Shown here one piece after another: positions 28,041 to 38,564 of a stretch of DNA of 64,000 nucleotides. Origin of the DNA: Candidatus Moraniibacteriota bacterium. GTDB taxonomy: Bacteria; Patescibacteriota; Minisyncoccia; Moranbacterales; UBA2206. The stretch covers positions 3,607-67,606 of the forward strand of contig JAUXSK010000015.1 in the NCBI GenBank assembly GCA_030679995.1, given 5' to 3'. How positions within the stretch are numbered: the first letter of the stretch is position 1; every line of letters begins with the position of its first letter. The translations under genes and the position numbers were made by a program. The notes beneath the pieces were generated by a model that was not told the DNA's origin, did no database searches, and worked only from the letters and a program-made list of their open reading frames with translations.

Positions 28041-29276
28041 ATGCCGGAAAAAATAATCCAAAAACCGCTGGCTGACAGGATGCGTCCGGAAAACCTGGAG
28101 GAATTCGTCGGGCAGGAAAATATCGTCGGCACGGGGAAAATTCTGCGCAAAATCATCGAGAGCGACCAAATCCCTTCGATGATCTTTTGGGGTCCGCCCG
28201 GTAGCGGCAAGACGACATTGGGGCAGATAATCGCCAAAATGACCGACGCGGACTTCGTGAAATTGAGCGCGGTTTCCAGCGGGGTGAAGGAAATCAGAAG
28301 CGTCATTGAGAAAGCAGATGCGGAAACCAAGCTGAAAAACAAAAAAACCATCCTTTTTCTGGATGAGATCCATCGTTTCAATAAGGCCCAGCAAGACCGG
28401 CTGTTGCCGTATGTGGAAGACGGCACCTTGATCTTGATCGGGGCGACTACGGAAAATCCGAGCTTCGAAGTCAATCACGCGCTTTTGTCGCGGACCCGGG
28501 TTTTCGTTTTGGAGCCTTTGGCGGCGAAGGATGTGAAAAAATTGGCCGGGCGGGCGCTGGCGGATAAAGAAAGAGGCTTGGGAAAAATGGATATAGTAAT
28601 CGCGGAAAAAGATTTGGATTTTCTGGCCGGACTTTCCAATGGCGACGCGCGTACGGCGCTCAACGTTTTGGAGTTGGCGGCGGCGATCGGGAAAAAAACG
28701 GACGGCGGGAAAATAATAATCGGGAAGGATGAAATCAAAGAGGCCTTGCAAAAAACCAGCCTACTTTATGACCGGGCCGGGGAACAGCACTATAATATAA
28801 TTTCGGCTTTGCATAAAAGTATGCGTGGCGGCGACGCGGACGCCGCCTTGTATTGGTTGGCGCGGATGCTGGAGGGCGGGGAGGACCCGCTCTATGTAGC
28901 CAGAAGGATCATCCGTTTCGCTTCCGAAGACATCGGCATCGCCAATTCATTCGCGTTGGAGCAGGCCGTCAGTGCTTATCATTCTTGCCATTATATCGGG
29001 ATGCCGGAGTGCGGAGTCAACTTGGCTCAAGCGGTAGCATATATGGCCAAGTCGAAAAAAAGCAACGCCTTGTATGTCGCTTATGAAAAAGCCAAACAAG
29101 ACGCGAAGAATTTTCCCGCCGAACCGGTGCCGATCCATTTGCGCAACGCGCCGACAAAACTGATGAAAGACTTGGATTATGGCAAAGACTATAAATACAC
29201 GCCGGACTATGGGAATCCCGAAGATGCCAGACAAGACTATCTGCCAGATAAATTAAAAGGACGGAAATATTTGTAA
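28041..29276 (+). CDS. rarA: replication-associated recombination protein A (MgsA/RarA)
   Basis: PLADRMRP, GPPGSGKTT, DEIHRFNKAQQD, GATTENP, SALHKS and ASEDIG motifs. Confidence 0.96.
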   Translation: MPEKIIQKPLADRMRPENLEEFVGQENIVGTGKILRKIIESDQIPSMIFWGPPGSGKTTLGQIIAKMTDADFVKLSAVSSGVKEIRSVIEKADAETKLKNKKTILFLDEIHRFNKAQQDRLLPYVEDGTLILIGATTENPSFEVNHALLSRTRVFVLEPLAAKDVKKLAGRALADKERGLGKMDIVIAEKDLDFLAGLSNGDARTALNVLELAAAIGKKTDGGKIIIGKDEIKEALQKTSLLYDRAGEQHYNIISALHKSMRGGDADAALYWLARMLEGGEDPLYVARRIIRFASEDIGIANSFALEQAVSAYHSCHYIGMPECGVNLAQAVAYMAKSKKSNALYVAYEKAKQDAKNFPAEPVPIHLRNAPTKLMKDLDYGKDYKYTPDYGNPEDARQDYLPDKLKGRKYL

Positions 29277-29392
29277 TACAGCAAGATTTCAACATTTTTT
29301 TATATGGCAAAAGCGGGCGTATTGGATCGGTTTTTGATGCTTTGGCTTGGATATGGTAATATTGGAGTACTAAGACTTTTCGCTATAGGATT

Positions 29393-30310
29393 ATGAACTG
29401 GTTTCTTATCGCCCTCATCGGTCCGGTATTGTACGCTATTTCCAACCACGTCGATAAATATCTGATTGAGAAATATTTCAAAGGCGGCGAATCTGGCGCG
29501 CTCATCCTTTTTTCGTCTTTGTTTTCGGTCGTGACCCTGCCGATAATTTATTTCATCGATCCGGGAGTTTTTTCCTTGGATTTAACGACGATCGCGGTGC
29601 TGGTTTTGAACGGGATGCTGACCGTGGTTTGTATCATTTTGTATTTTAAAGCCTTGCAAGATGATGAGGCTTCGATCGTTATCCCATACTACCAGACTAT
29701 CCCGATTTTCGGTTTCATCCTGGGTTATTTTTTTCTGGGAGAGACTTTGACGCTCGCCCAAATAATTTCCTGCGGATTGATAATCGCCGGCACGATTATC
29801 CTATCCCTGAATTTCATCGGTGGTAAGCTCAAGTTCAAAAAAAGAGTGGCTGCACTGATGCTTTTGGCCTCCTTGCTCTATGCGATCGGCGGAGTGGTTT
29901 TCAAGATAATCGCGGTGGAGGATGGCTTTTGGACTTCGATTTTCTGGGACTTTTTCGGAAGCGTGCTGTTGGGCGTGATTTTGTATTTTTCAATTTCATC
30001 CTATCGCAAGCAATTTTTACAGGTCCTTCGAATGAACAGCTGGAGCGTGATGTCGCTGAACGCGTTTAATGAGATAATTTTCGTCGTAGCTGATGGGGTT
30101 TTCGCTTATGCGACCTTGCTGGCACCGATCGCACTGGTGATGACGGTCAATGGTTTCCAGCCGGCTTTCGTTTTTTTGTTGGGCATCGTGCTGACCCTAT
30201 TTTTCCCGAAACTGGGCAGGGAGTCGATGACGGCCACCGGATTGGCGCACAAAATCTTGGCTATCGGCCTAATTGTCGAGGGTGCGATTTTCCTCAGTAT
30301 GAATTTTTGA
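29393..30310 (+). CDS. EamA/DMT-family transporter
   Basis: About 10 TM helices in two repeats; YFKAL..AS and LGETL motifs. Confidence 0.8.
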   Translation: MNWFLIALIGPVLYAISNHVDKYLIEKYFKGGESGALILFSSLFSVVTLPIIYFIDPGVFSLDLTTIAVLVLNGMLTVVCIILYFKALQDDEASIVIPYYQTIPIFGFILGYFFLGETLTLAQIISCGLIIAGTIILSLNFIGGKLKFKKRVAALMLLASLLYAIGGVVFKIIAVEDGFWTSIFWDFFGSVLLGVILYFSISSYRKQFLQVLRMNSWSVMSLNAFNEIIFVVADGVFAYATLLAPIALVMTVNGFQPAFVFLLGIVLTLFFPKLGRESMTATGLAHKILAIGLIVEGAIFLSMNF

Positions 30311-30331
30311 TAATCAAATTAAAATATCCTT

Positions 30332-31636
30332 ATGAACGTATTGTTAATATCCAAAGATTTTTCCGGAGCTGATCTGGCCTATCGTTTGCAAAAAGAGGGC
30401 AACCAGGTGAAGATTTTTATTGAAGAGGCGGAATATGCACATGCTTATGATGGGATGTTGGAAAAAATAGCCGACTGGAAAGCCGAGCTTGATTGGGTGG
30501 GGCGCGACGGCCTTATCGTGTTCGATTGCGTCGGATTCGGCCAAGTCCAGGATGACCTGCGGGCTGAAGGCTATTCGGTGATCGGTGGCAGCGCGATGGG
30601 CGACCGACTGGAGCATGATCGCCAATACGGACAAAAGATCCTCTCTCTTTCCGAGGTCAATATCATCCCGTCTACCAATTTCGGCAGTGTCGAGGAAGTG
30701 ATCGGGTTTGTCCAAAAAAACGAAGGACCTTGGGTCGTCAAGCAGAACGGCCATATCGACAAGACTTTCAATTATGTCGGACGCTTGAAAAGCGGGAGAG
30801 ATGTCGTTTCGATGCTCCGGAATTATAATGAAAACAATCGGGAGGAATGCGCCTCGATCGATTTGCAGAAAAAAGTCAAAGGGGTGGAGGTTGGCGTAGG
30901 ACGCTATTTCAATGGCTTGGACTGGGCTGGTCCGATCGAAATAAATTTCGAACATAAAGGTTTGTTCAATGGCAATCTTGGACCGAAAACGTTCGAGATG
31001 GGAACATTGATGTGGTATGATGATAATGAAGATAACAGGCTGTTCAAGGAAATCCTCGACAAGCTTAAACCAGCTCTCATCAAAGGAAATTTCCGGGGGG
31101 ATGTGGATGTCAATTGCATCATCAATGAGGAAGGCGCCCATCCATTGGAGCTGACGGCGCGTTTCGGCTTTCCAGCTTTGCAACTGCAAGACGAACTGCA
31201 CCGATCGCCTTGGGGGGAATTTTTGAAGGCTGTCGCTGACGGCCAGCCGTATGATTTGAAATACAAAAAAGAATATGGCATCGTGGCGCTGGTGGCGGTG
31301 CCGCCTTTCCCATATGAAGTGAACGTGCAAAAATATTCTTCGCAAGGTTTGGAAATCAATTTTAAGGAAACTTTCAATGCGGAAGATTTCCAGCATATCC
31401 ACTTCGAGGAGGTTTCCCGGAAAAAAGAAGACGGGCAGGATATTTATTATATTTCCGGCAAGACGGGATTCGTGCTTCACGTGACCGGTTCCGGAAAAAC
31501 GATCGAGGAGGCCCGCGACAAGACCTATGATTTGATCAATCAGATCGTCATCCCGAAAATGTTTTATCGGTCCGACATCGGTATGAAATTCGTCAAGAAG
31601 GACCGGGACTTTCTGAAAAAATTGGGCTGGTTGTAG
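30332..31636 (+). CDS. PurD-like (GAR synthetase-like) ATP-grasp ligase, divergent type
   Basis: GGS..GDRLEHDR, WVVK, EHKGLF.GNLGP.T.EMG, LELTARFG and C-terminal YRSDIG; lacks the canonical GSGGREHA N-terminus. Confidence 0.75.
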   Translation: MNVLLISKDFSGADLAYRLQKEGNQVKIFIEEAEYAHAYDGMLEKIADWKAELDWVGRDGLIVFDCVGFGQVQDDLRAEGYSVIGGSAMGDRLEHDRQYGQKILSLSEVNIIPSTNFGSVEEVIGFVQKNEGPWVVKQNGHIDKTFNYVGRLKSGRDVVSMLRNYNENNREECASIDLQKKVKGVEVGVGRYFNGLDWAGPIEINFEHKGLFNGNLGPKTFEMGTLMWYDDNEDNRLFKEILDKLKPALIKGNFRGDVDVNCIINEEGAHPLELTARFGFPALQLQDELHRSPWGEFLKAVADGQPYDLKYKKEYGIVALVAVPPFPYEVNVQKYSSQGLEINFKETFNAEDFQHIHFEEVSRKKEDGQDIYYISGKTGFVLHVTGSGKTIEEARDKTYDLINQIVIPKMFYRSDIGMKFVKKDRDFLKKLGWL

Positions 31637-31857
31637 GACCCGTGCAAAACAAGACTGGATGTCAGTTTGACTATCTGGGGTGGTTTAATAAAATCAATCG
31701 TATGGAAAAGAAAGTCAATGAAATATGATACTACCAAAATAGACTGTCATTTCTGAGGATATGAATTTAAAATTTCCGGTGTCCGCGGATAAATCTAATT
31801 TATGCGGGCGGAAGCGTAAGAATAAAACGCTTGGTTACGGCGGTAAAAATTTAATTT

Positions 31858-32961
31858 ATGAAAATCGCACTGGTTCATGATTATCTGGTCCAAGTCGGAG
31901 GGGCGGAAAAGGTTCTGGAATGTTTCACGGAGGTTTTTCCGGACGCTCCGATCCACACCTTGGTCTATGACAAAAAACTGATGCACGGTTTTTTCGAAGG
32001 CAAGGACATCCGGACGTCTTTTTTGCAGAACATCCCATTTTCCCGGAAGAAGCACCGGGTCTTTCCGCAGTTTATGCCGATGGCCATCGAGCAGTTCGAT
32101 TTTTCCGGCTATGATGTCGTCCTGTCGGATTCCTCCAGTTTTGCCAAAGGTATCATCACCGGGCCGGAAACGCTGCATATCTGCTATATACATACCCCGA
32201 TGCGGTTCGCTTGGGATGATTGCCAGAAATATACCGAGGATTTCTATTTTCCTTCGATTATAAAAAGGTTCATACCCTTAGTGATGAACTATGTCCGGAT
32301 TTGGGACCGCGTCAGTGCCGATCGGCCGGATAAGATCATCGCTAATTCGAAATTCATCGCACGCAGGATAAAAAAATATTATAAAAGGGATTCCATCGTG
32401 CTTAATCCGCCGATCGATATCGCGCGGTTCTATGCCAGCGAAAATCATGGGGACTATTTCCTGTTGGTCGGCCGGTTTATGGCATACAAAAAATTAGATC
32501 TCGTGGTCCAGGCTTTCAACCGGACGGGTTTGCAATTGAAAATAATCGGCCGGGGACCGGAATACCAGAAATTGAAAGAGATGGCGAAAGGCAATATCGA
32601 ATTTCTAGGACGCGTTTCGGACGAGGAATTACCAGGATATTATGCGAGATGCCGGGCGTTCATTTTTCCACAGGAAGAGGACTTCGGCATAGTGGCTATT
32701 GAGGCGATGGCTTCGGGCCGTCCGATAATCGCTTTCCGCGGTGGCGATATCCCGGAACACATAGAAGAGGGGAAAACAGGCCTGTTTTTTGAAGAACAGA
32801 CCGCGCAAGCCATTATTGAAGCGGTCGGGAAATTCAATGATGCCGACTATGACCCGGCCTATATCCGCGGGCAGGCCGAGAAATTTGACAAAAGCCTATT
32901 TAAGGCTAGAATAAAGGAATATATCGATGGTGAATACAAGAAGTTCAAGGAATCAAATTGA
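31858..32961 (+). CDS. glycosyltransferase family 4
   Basis: MKIALVHDYL..GGAE, YIHTPMR and EDFGIVAIEAMASG motifs. Confidence 0.93.
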   Translation: MKIALVHDYLVQVGGAEKVLECFTEVFPDAPIHTLVYDKKLMHGFFEGKDIRTSFLQNIPFSRKKHRVFPQFMPMAIEQFDFSGYDVVLSDSSSFAKGIITGPETLHICYIHTPMRFAWDDCQKYTEDFYFPSIIKRFIPLVMNYVRIWDRVSADRPDKIIANSKFIARRIKKYYKRDSIVLNPPIDIARFYASENHGDYFLLVGRFMAYKKLDLVVQAFNRTGLQLKIIGRGPEYQKLKEMAKGNIEFLGRVSDEELPGYYARCRAFIFPQEEDFGIVAIEAMASGRPIIAFRGGDIPEHIEEGKTGLFFEEQTAQAIIEAVGKFNDADYDPAYIRGQAEKFDKSLFKARIKEYIDGEYKKFKESN

Positions 32962-33000
32962 GATCTATGTGATTTATGCCAATGTCGGAGATTATTAATA

Positions 33001-33130
33001 AAAATTCAAAATCCAAAATTTCAAATCCCAAATAAATTCAAAAATATTAATTTTTAAAATTCAAAACCGTTTTTTTTATTTTATATTTTGATCATTGCGA
33101 TTTATTTGTAATTTAGAATTTAGAATTTAA
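33001..33130. repeat. AT-rich heptamer-based imperfect palindromic element, copy B
   Basis: Left arm AAATTCAAAATCCAAAATTTCAAATCCCAAATAAATTC; right arm GATTTATTTGTAATTTAGAATTTAGAATTT. Confidence 0.75.
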
Positions 33131-33135
33131 ACGAT

Positions 33136-33741
33136 ATGGAACTAAAAGGATATTTCAAAATCTTCAGGGAGAATATCAAATTGTTTTCAGGCGTGATTAT
33201 CATAATCGTGCTGGGCAGTTTCGTGTATTTCGCTTTGCGTCCAGTTTCATATTCGGCTTCGCTGGCTCTTAATATTACTCGCGGTGGAATCCAGCAGACC
33301 GGTGATTATCGCTATGATGATTTCTATCGCTTGCAGGCCGACGAAAAATTCGCCGAAACTGTCGTGGAATGGCTGAAAAATCCGCGGACCGTGGTGGATA
33401 TCTATGGAAAAGCCGGGATTGGCACGGATAGTTTCAGTATGCGCCAGCTGACTAAAAGTTTTACGGCGGAGAAACTTTCCGCGCAAATTGTAGCAGTTTC
33501 TTTTTCCGCGAAAGATGGAAAATCGGCGGAGAAAATTTCCGCGGCAATACCGGAAACCATTACGAAAAACATCAGACTGTTGAATAAGAAACAAGATGAT
33601 GGCACTTGGTTTGAAATCGTGACGCAAGACCCGGTCATCATCCAGGATCGGATCGGCGCGTTGGTTATCCTCTTGGCATCAGCGGCTCTGGGGATTTTCG
33701 TGGGATTTTGGGCGGTAATGTTGAAGCACTATTTGGAATAA
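33136..33741 (+). CDS. short Wzz/CapA-like polysaccharide co-polymerase-like protein
   Basis: TM helices near both termini flanking a soluble loop; located among glycosyltransferases. Confidence 0.55.
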   Translation: MELKGYFKIFRENIKLFSGVIIIIVLGSFVYFALRPVSYSASLALNITRGGIQQTGDYRYDDFYRLQADEKFAETVVEWLKNPRTVVDIYGKAGIGTDSFSMRQLTKSFTAEKLSAQIVAVSFSAKDGKSAEKISAAIPETITKNIRLLNKKQDDGTWFEIVTQDPVIIQDRIGALVILLASAALGIFVGFWAVMLKHYLE

Positions 33742-33775
33742 AAACCGGACGATATTTATCTTTAACGGCGGGCTT

Positions 33776-34939
33776 ATGCGGATTGGAATCGATGTTCGAT
33801 GTTTGACTCAAGGAAGGAATACTGGGGTGGAGGAATATACCTTCAATCTTTTGACTAACCTGTTCAGGCTTGATACGCGCAATGAATATGTGCTTTTTTT
33901 CAATTCATTCAGATCCGAGGCGATTGATTTTTCCTGGCTCAAAGAATTCCCAAATGTCAGTCTGAAGAGATTCGCTTGGCCGAACAAGCTTTTGAATTTC
34001 CTGTTCTGGTACCTGGATTGGCCGAAGATAGATAAGATGATCGGCGGGGCAGACGTTTTTTTTATGCCTAATATCATCTTCGGCAGCGTTAGCCGGAAAA
34101 CTAAATTAATTTTGACTATCCATGACCTGTCTTTCGCCAGATATCCTGAAACTTTTTCCTGGAAAAGAAGGCTGTGGCATGTTTTTATAAATCCACAAAA
34201 AATGTGCCGGCGGGCCGATAGGATTATTGCGGTTTCCGATTCTTCGGCGCAAGACGTCGCGAAGCTGTTCCGGGTCAAGCAAGAAAAGATCCGGATGATC
34301 CACAGCGGACTTTCCGATAAATTCAAAGTCCTCGACCGTAATAACGGCGAGTTGGTCCGCGTCAAGGAAAAATACGGCTTGCCCTACAAGTTCATCCTTT
34401 TCCTGGGAACGATCGAACCGAGAAAGAATATCACGGCTATCATCGCGGCCTACAATCAATTGCAAAAAGACGCAACGGACACTAACCAGGAAGAAATCGC
34501 GAAACATAGATTGGTCATCGCGGGGTCTGACGGCTGGTTGAGCGGGGACATATTCGCCGAAATTAAAGCTTCTAAATATCGGGACAAAATAATTGTCGCA
34601 AAATTCATCAGTGAAGAGGATAAGGAGTTCGTGATAAACCTGGCTTCGCTCTTTGTCTATCCGTCGGTTTTCGAGGGTTTCGGTTTTCCGCCACTTGAAG
34701 CGATGGCTTGCGGGGTGCCAGTCGTCACATCGAACAATTCTTCTTTGTCGGAGATTATCGGTAATGGGGGGATAATGGTCGATCCGCACAAACCGGACGA
34801 ATTATGCCGGGCGATGAAGGAAATAATAACGGACAATGGATTGCGCGACAGTCTTGTTGGCAAAGGCCTTGCTCGGGCCAGGAATTTTAACTGGTTGAAA
34901 ACCACCGAGGAGTTCTTAAAGATGATCTATAAACTTTAA
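33776..34939 (+). CDS. glycosyltransferase family 4
   Basis: MRIGID, TIHDL, GTIEPRKN and EGFGFPPLEAM motifs. Confidence 0.93.
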   Translation: MRIGIDVRCLTQGRNTGVEEYTFNLLTNLFRLDTRNEYVLFFNSFRSEAIDFSWLKEFPNVSLKRFAWPNKLLNFLFWYLDWPKIDKMIGGADVFFMPNIIFGSVSRKTKLILTIHDLSFARYPETFSWKRRLWHVFINPQKMCRRADRIIAVSDSSAQDVAKLFRVKQEKIRMIHSGLSDKFKVLDRNNGELVRVKEKYGLPYKFILFLGTIEPRKNITAIIAAYNQLQKDATDTNQEEIAKHRLVIAGSDGWLSGDIFAEIKASKYRDKIIVAKFISEEDKEFVINLASLFVYPSVFEGFGFPPLEAMACGVPVVTSNNSSLSEIIGNGGIMVDPHKPDELCRAMKEIITDNGLRDSLVGKGLARARNFNWLKTTEEFLKMIYKL

Positions 34940-35003
34940 ATGCCGGTATAGGCTGGAACCATAGGCTTTGGTTTTCGCGCGCATAGTCCCAAGCCGCTTT
35001 TAG

Positions 35004-35012
35004 TGGTATAAT
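35004..35012 (+). promoter_or_regulatory. extended -10 promoter, leaderless geometry
   Basis: TGGTATAAT, then 6 nt to ATG 35019. Confidence 0.55.
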
Positions 35013-35018
35013 TGGACT

Positions 35019-36143
35019 ATGAAAATCGGAATTGACGCGCGTTTTTTTGGCATAAGACAAAAGGGCTTGGGGCGTTATACCCAGAAGCTGGTAGAGAATT
35101 TGGAAAAAATCGATCAGACCAATGAATACTTGATTTTCCTCCAAAAGGAAAATTTCGAGGAATACCAACCGAAAAATCCGAACTTTAAAAAAGTTTTAGC
35201 GGATTACCGGTGGTATACATTCAGGGAACAATTGTTTTTCCCGTTGATGGTCCGCAGATACAAGATTGATCTGATGCATTTCCCCCATTTCAACGTTCCT
35301 TTGCTATATTCCAAAAGATTCATCGTGACTATCCACGACCTGACGCTGGTGCATTTTCCCACTGTCAAAAATAGCACGCTACACCCGGTTTTTTATTGGG
35401 TGAAGTTTTTCGCGTATTTGATAGTCATCCGGTCGGCGATAACGCGGGCGGAAAGCATCATCGCCATTTCGCAATTCACCAAGGATGATGTCGTGAAAAA
35501 ATATGGCCCGGCCGTCGGGGAAAAAATAACCGTGACTTATGAAGCATGCGAGGATTTCTGTATGTTCAGCCGGAGAAACGGCCAGGAAATTTTGCAAAAA
35601 TATGGTATAATGAAGCCGTATCTGGTTTATGTCGGCAATGCGTATCCGCATAAGAATCTGGACAGGCTAGTGCTGGCTTTTGTCCGGGCGTTCGGAGAAA
35701 AAAAGGATTTCCAACTGGTATTGGTGGGCAAGGATGACTATTTTTACGGGCAGTTGCGGAAATCAGTCCAGAAACAACGGACGGAGGATATCGTTTTCCT
35801 TTCGGATGTCTCGGACTATGAATTGGATGTCTTGTTTCATCGTTCGGTTGCCAATGTTTTTCCGTCTTTATATGAAGGGTTTGGCTTGCCGCCGCTCGAG
35901 GCTATGTCCAAAGGCGTGCCGGTCATATCCTCAGACCATCCTTGTATGCGGGAAGTCTTGGGCGAAAGCGCGTATTTTTTTGACGGTAAAGATGTCGGGG
36001 CGATGGCTGAAGCGATGAAAAAAATCGTCAGCGATGCGGGATTGCGGGATGAATTGATCAGGAGGGGCTATAACCAGACTAAGAAATACAGCTGGAAAAA
36101 AATGGCTGAGGAAACTTTAGCAATATACTCGAACAAAGATTGA
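35019..36143 (+). CDS. glycosyltransferase family 4
   Basis: MKIGIDAR, TIHDL, GNAYPHKN and EGFGLPPLEAM motifs. Confidence 0.93.
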   Translation: MKIGIDARFFGIRQKGLGRYTQKLVENLEKIDQTNEYLIFLQKENFEEYQPKNPNFKKVLADYRWYTFREQLFFPLMVRRYKIDLMHFPHFNVPLLYSKRFIVTIHDLTLVHFPTVKNSTLHPVFYWVKFFAYLIVIRSAITRAESIIAISQFTKDDVVKKYGPAVGEKITVTYEACEDFCMFSRRNGQEILQKYGIMKPYLVYVGNAYPHKNLDRLVLAFVRAFGEKKDFQLVLVGKDDYFYGQLRKSVQKQRTEDIVFLSDVSDYELDVLFHRSVANVFPSLYEGFGLPPLEAMSKGVPVISSDHPCMREVLGESAYFFDGKDVGAMAEAMKKIVSDAGLRDELIRRGYNQTKKYSWKKMAEETLAIYSNKD

Positions 36144-38560
36144 TGGAAAACAAAAATAACGCCTGTCCCTGGATGGGCAGAAATAAAATAAATCTCCGGA
36201 TGTCGGATGTCCGGCCGGCCAATCAAGACGGTGGATCGCCGATGGGGGGGATCGGAAGGACATCAGGATCCGGTCCGCAATCACGAGAGTATCGGGATGG
36301 CGTCGTTAGGCGGACGAGTTTCGGAGATATCCGGCGTCCTGGGGGCGCTATATCGCGGCCGGCGCCGGTTTGGCAGGAAAAAAACGGATTGTTGGGATAT
36401 CCTGTTGTTTCGAATGATTCCGTAAGGATAAAAATAGAAAAAAAAATAGAGCCGCGTTTTTTAGCGGATAAAGCAGTCAAGCCTAATCAGACTTACACTG
36501 ATTATGCTGATGAAGTGGAAGATATGCCGGCCAAGCGGATGGTATTTTCCGACGCGGAAGATCTGAAGGATATCCCGAGCCGGCGATATAAAAAAATATT
36601 TTTTTCTTTCGCGGGAGTGGCAGCGTCCATATTCCTGGTAATCGCAGGCACGGGCTTTTTCAATAAGGGCATGGGGGTCAAGAATGATGTTATGGGAATC
36701 GGACAGGATGCGTATACGGACTTGGCTATGGCCAGGGATGGCATCGCCGGGCGTGACTTCCAAAAATCTTCCTTCGAATTCGGTGAGGCCTATGATAAGT
36801 TCGGGGAAATATCCCAGGACATAAACAGTCTGGGCGGAATCCTGGTTGAGACTTCCCGGTTTATTCCGTTTTTTTCAAAAATTTCCTCCGGCGATCATAT
36901 CGCTCAGGTCGGAAAAGACGTTTCCCGGATTGGAATCTTGGCCAGCGGAATTATGCAGTCGTTGGACGCGATCAAGAATCCATTGAATGGTGACGCTGAT
37001 CCGTCCGTGTCTTTTTTGCGGATATTCCAGGATACGGATAATAATCTGAAAGAAATTTCCATTTTAATGCAGGACGTTCAGGATAATCTGGACAAAGTAA
37101 ATATCGATGATATTCCTGAAGATCGAAGGGTGCAATTTTTAGAATTGAAAAGCCAGTTGCCGGAAACGAACCGCTTCCTGACGGAATTTATCAGCAATAG
37201 CCAGATTTTTACGGATGTGCTGGGCGGCAACGGGATGCGCAAATATCTGTTTCTTTTTCAAAACAACCAGGAAATGCGTGCTACAGGAGGGTTTATCGGC
37301 ACTTATGGCGTGCTGGATATTTTCAATGGAAATGTGAGGAATTTTTTTATCGACGGAATATATAATCCGGACGGACAGCTGCGGGAAAAAGTCATTCCGC
37401 CGGTGCCGATTCAAAAAATTTCGGCGGCTTGGAGTTTACATGACAGCAATTGGTTTCCGGATTTTCCTAAGTCGGCTGAGAAGGCCGCCTGGTTCTATGA
37501 GAAGACCGGCGGACCGACCGTAGATGGCGTAATTACGATGACGCCGACCGTGATGCAAAAGATGTTGGAAATTACCGGGCCTATCGAATTGCCGGAATAC
37601 GGCGTAACGGTGGATAAGGATAATTTCGTAGAAAAAATCCAATACGAAGTGGAGGTGGACTATGACAAGGAACTGAATAAACCCAAACAGATTTTGGCTG
37701 ATTTGGCGCCGAAGATTTTGGATAAGCTTTTCAATGCTCGGAATTTTTCCGATATCGTCCGGACTATGAGCGTATTGTCGGAGAGTTTGGATGAAAAGCA
37801 GATTTTGATTTATTCCAAAAATTCTGAAATTGAAAAAGTATTGTCCGAACAGGGCTGGTCGGGGGAGATATTGGATACGCAGAAAGATTATGTGAGCGTG
37901 GTCAATACGAATATCAACGGATACAAAACGGACGGGGTGGTCGATGAAAAAATCGAGCATCGGGCGGAAATCCAATCGGACGGATCAGTAGTTGACACCT
38001 TGATCATAACTCGCCATCATAACGGAGGCAGTTTGGATCATGACTGGTGGAACAAAGTCAATGCGGATTATATGCGGGTCTATGTCCCGAAAGGTTCCAT
38101 TTTGCTTTCGGCCGAGGGACAAACGCGCGAATATAATACGCCGCCTTTGGATTACCATGCTTTGGCTTTCAAACAAGATGCCCAGGTGCGGATGGAGGAG
38201 GATTCGCTGGAAATCGATGAAGAAAGCGGAACTAAAATCTATGAAGATTCAGGCAAGACCGTTTTTGCTAATTGGGTTTATGTCAGTCCGCAAGAGACGG
38301 TGGTCATAAAATACAAATATCTGTTGCCGTTCAAACTCGGTATGGATGGCAAAGGCAAGCCGGCGGATGCGTATTCGCTTTTGGCCCAAAAACAAGCCGG
38401 TAGCTTGGGTAGCGCTTTCACGGCGGAAATCGCCTATCCGGATAACTACAAGATGGTTTGGAATTATCCGGAAAAAGTTAGACGGGAAAATAATAATATA
38501 AAAATCGAATCCGACCTCAAAACGGATAAATTCGTAGGCGCGGCTTTCACGCAAAGATAA
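36140..38560 (+). CDS. DUF4012-like membrane-anchored protein
   Basis: One TM, a helical region, then YLFLFQNNQEMRATGGFIG, DSNWFPDFP and YMRVYVP motifs. Confidence 0.75.
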   Translation: MMENKNNACPWMGRNKINLRMSDVRPANQDGGSPMGGIGRTSGSGPQSREYRDGVVRRTSFGDIRRPGGAISRPAPVWQEKNGLLGYPVVSNDSVRIKIEKKIEPRFLADKAVKPNQTYTDYADEVEDMPAKRMVFSDAEDLKDIPSRRYKKIFFSFAGVAASIFLVIAGTGFFNKGMGVKNDVMGIGQDAYTDLAMARDGIAGRDFQKSSFEFGEAYDKFGEISQDINSLGGILVETSRFIPFFSKISSGDHIAQVGKDVSRIGILASGIMQSLDAIKNPLNGDADPSVSFLRIFQDTDNNLKEISILMQDVQDNLDKVNIDDIPEDRRVQFLELKSQLPETNRFLTEFISNSQIFTDVLGGNGMRKYLFLFQNNQEMRATGGFIGTYGVLDIFNGNVRNFFIDGIYNPDGQLREKVIPPVPIQKISAAWSLHDSNWFPDFPKSAEKAAWFYEKTGGPTVDGVITMTPTVMQKMLEITGPIELPEYGVTVDKDNFVEKIQYEVEVDYDKELNKPKQILADLAPKILDKLFNARNFSDIVRTMSVLSESLDEKQILIYSKNSEIEKVLSEQGWSGEILDTQKDYVSVVNTNINGYKTDGVVDEKIEHRAEIQSDGSVVDTLIITRHHNGGSLDHDWWNKVNADYMRVYVPKGSILLSAEGQTREYNTPPLDYHALAFKQDAQVRMEEDSLEIDEESGTKIYEDSGKTVFANWVYVSPQETVVIKYKYLLPFKLGMDGKGKPADAYSLLAQKQAGSLGSAFTAEIAYPDNYKMVWNYPEKVRRENNNIKIESDLKTDKFVGAAFTQR

Positions 38561-38564
38561 ATTT

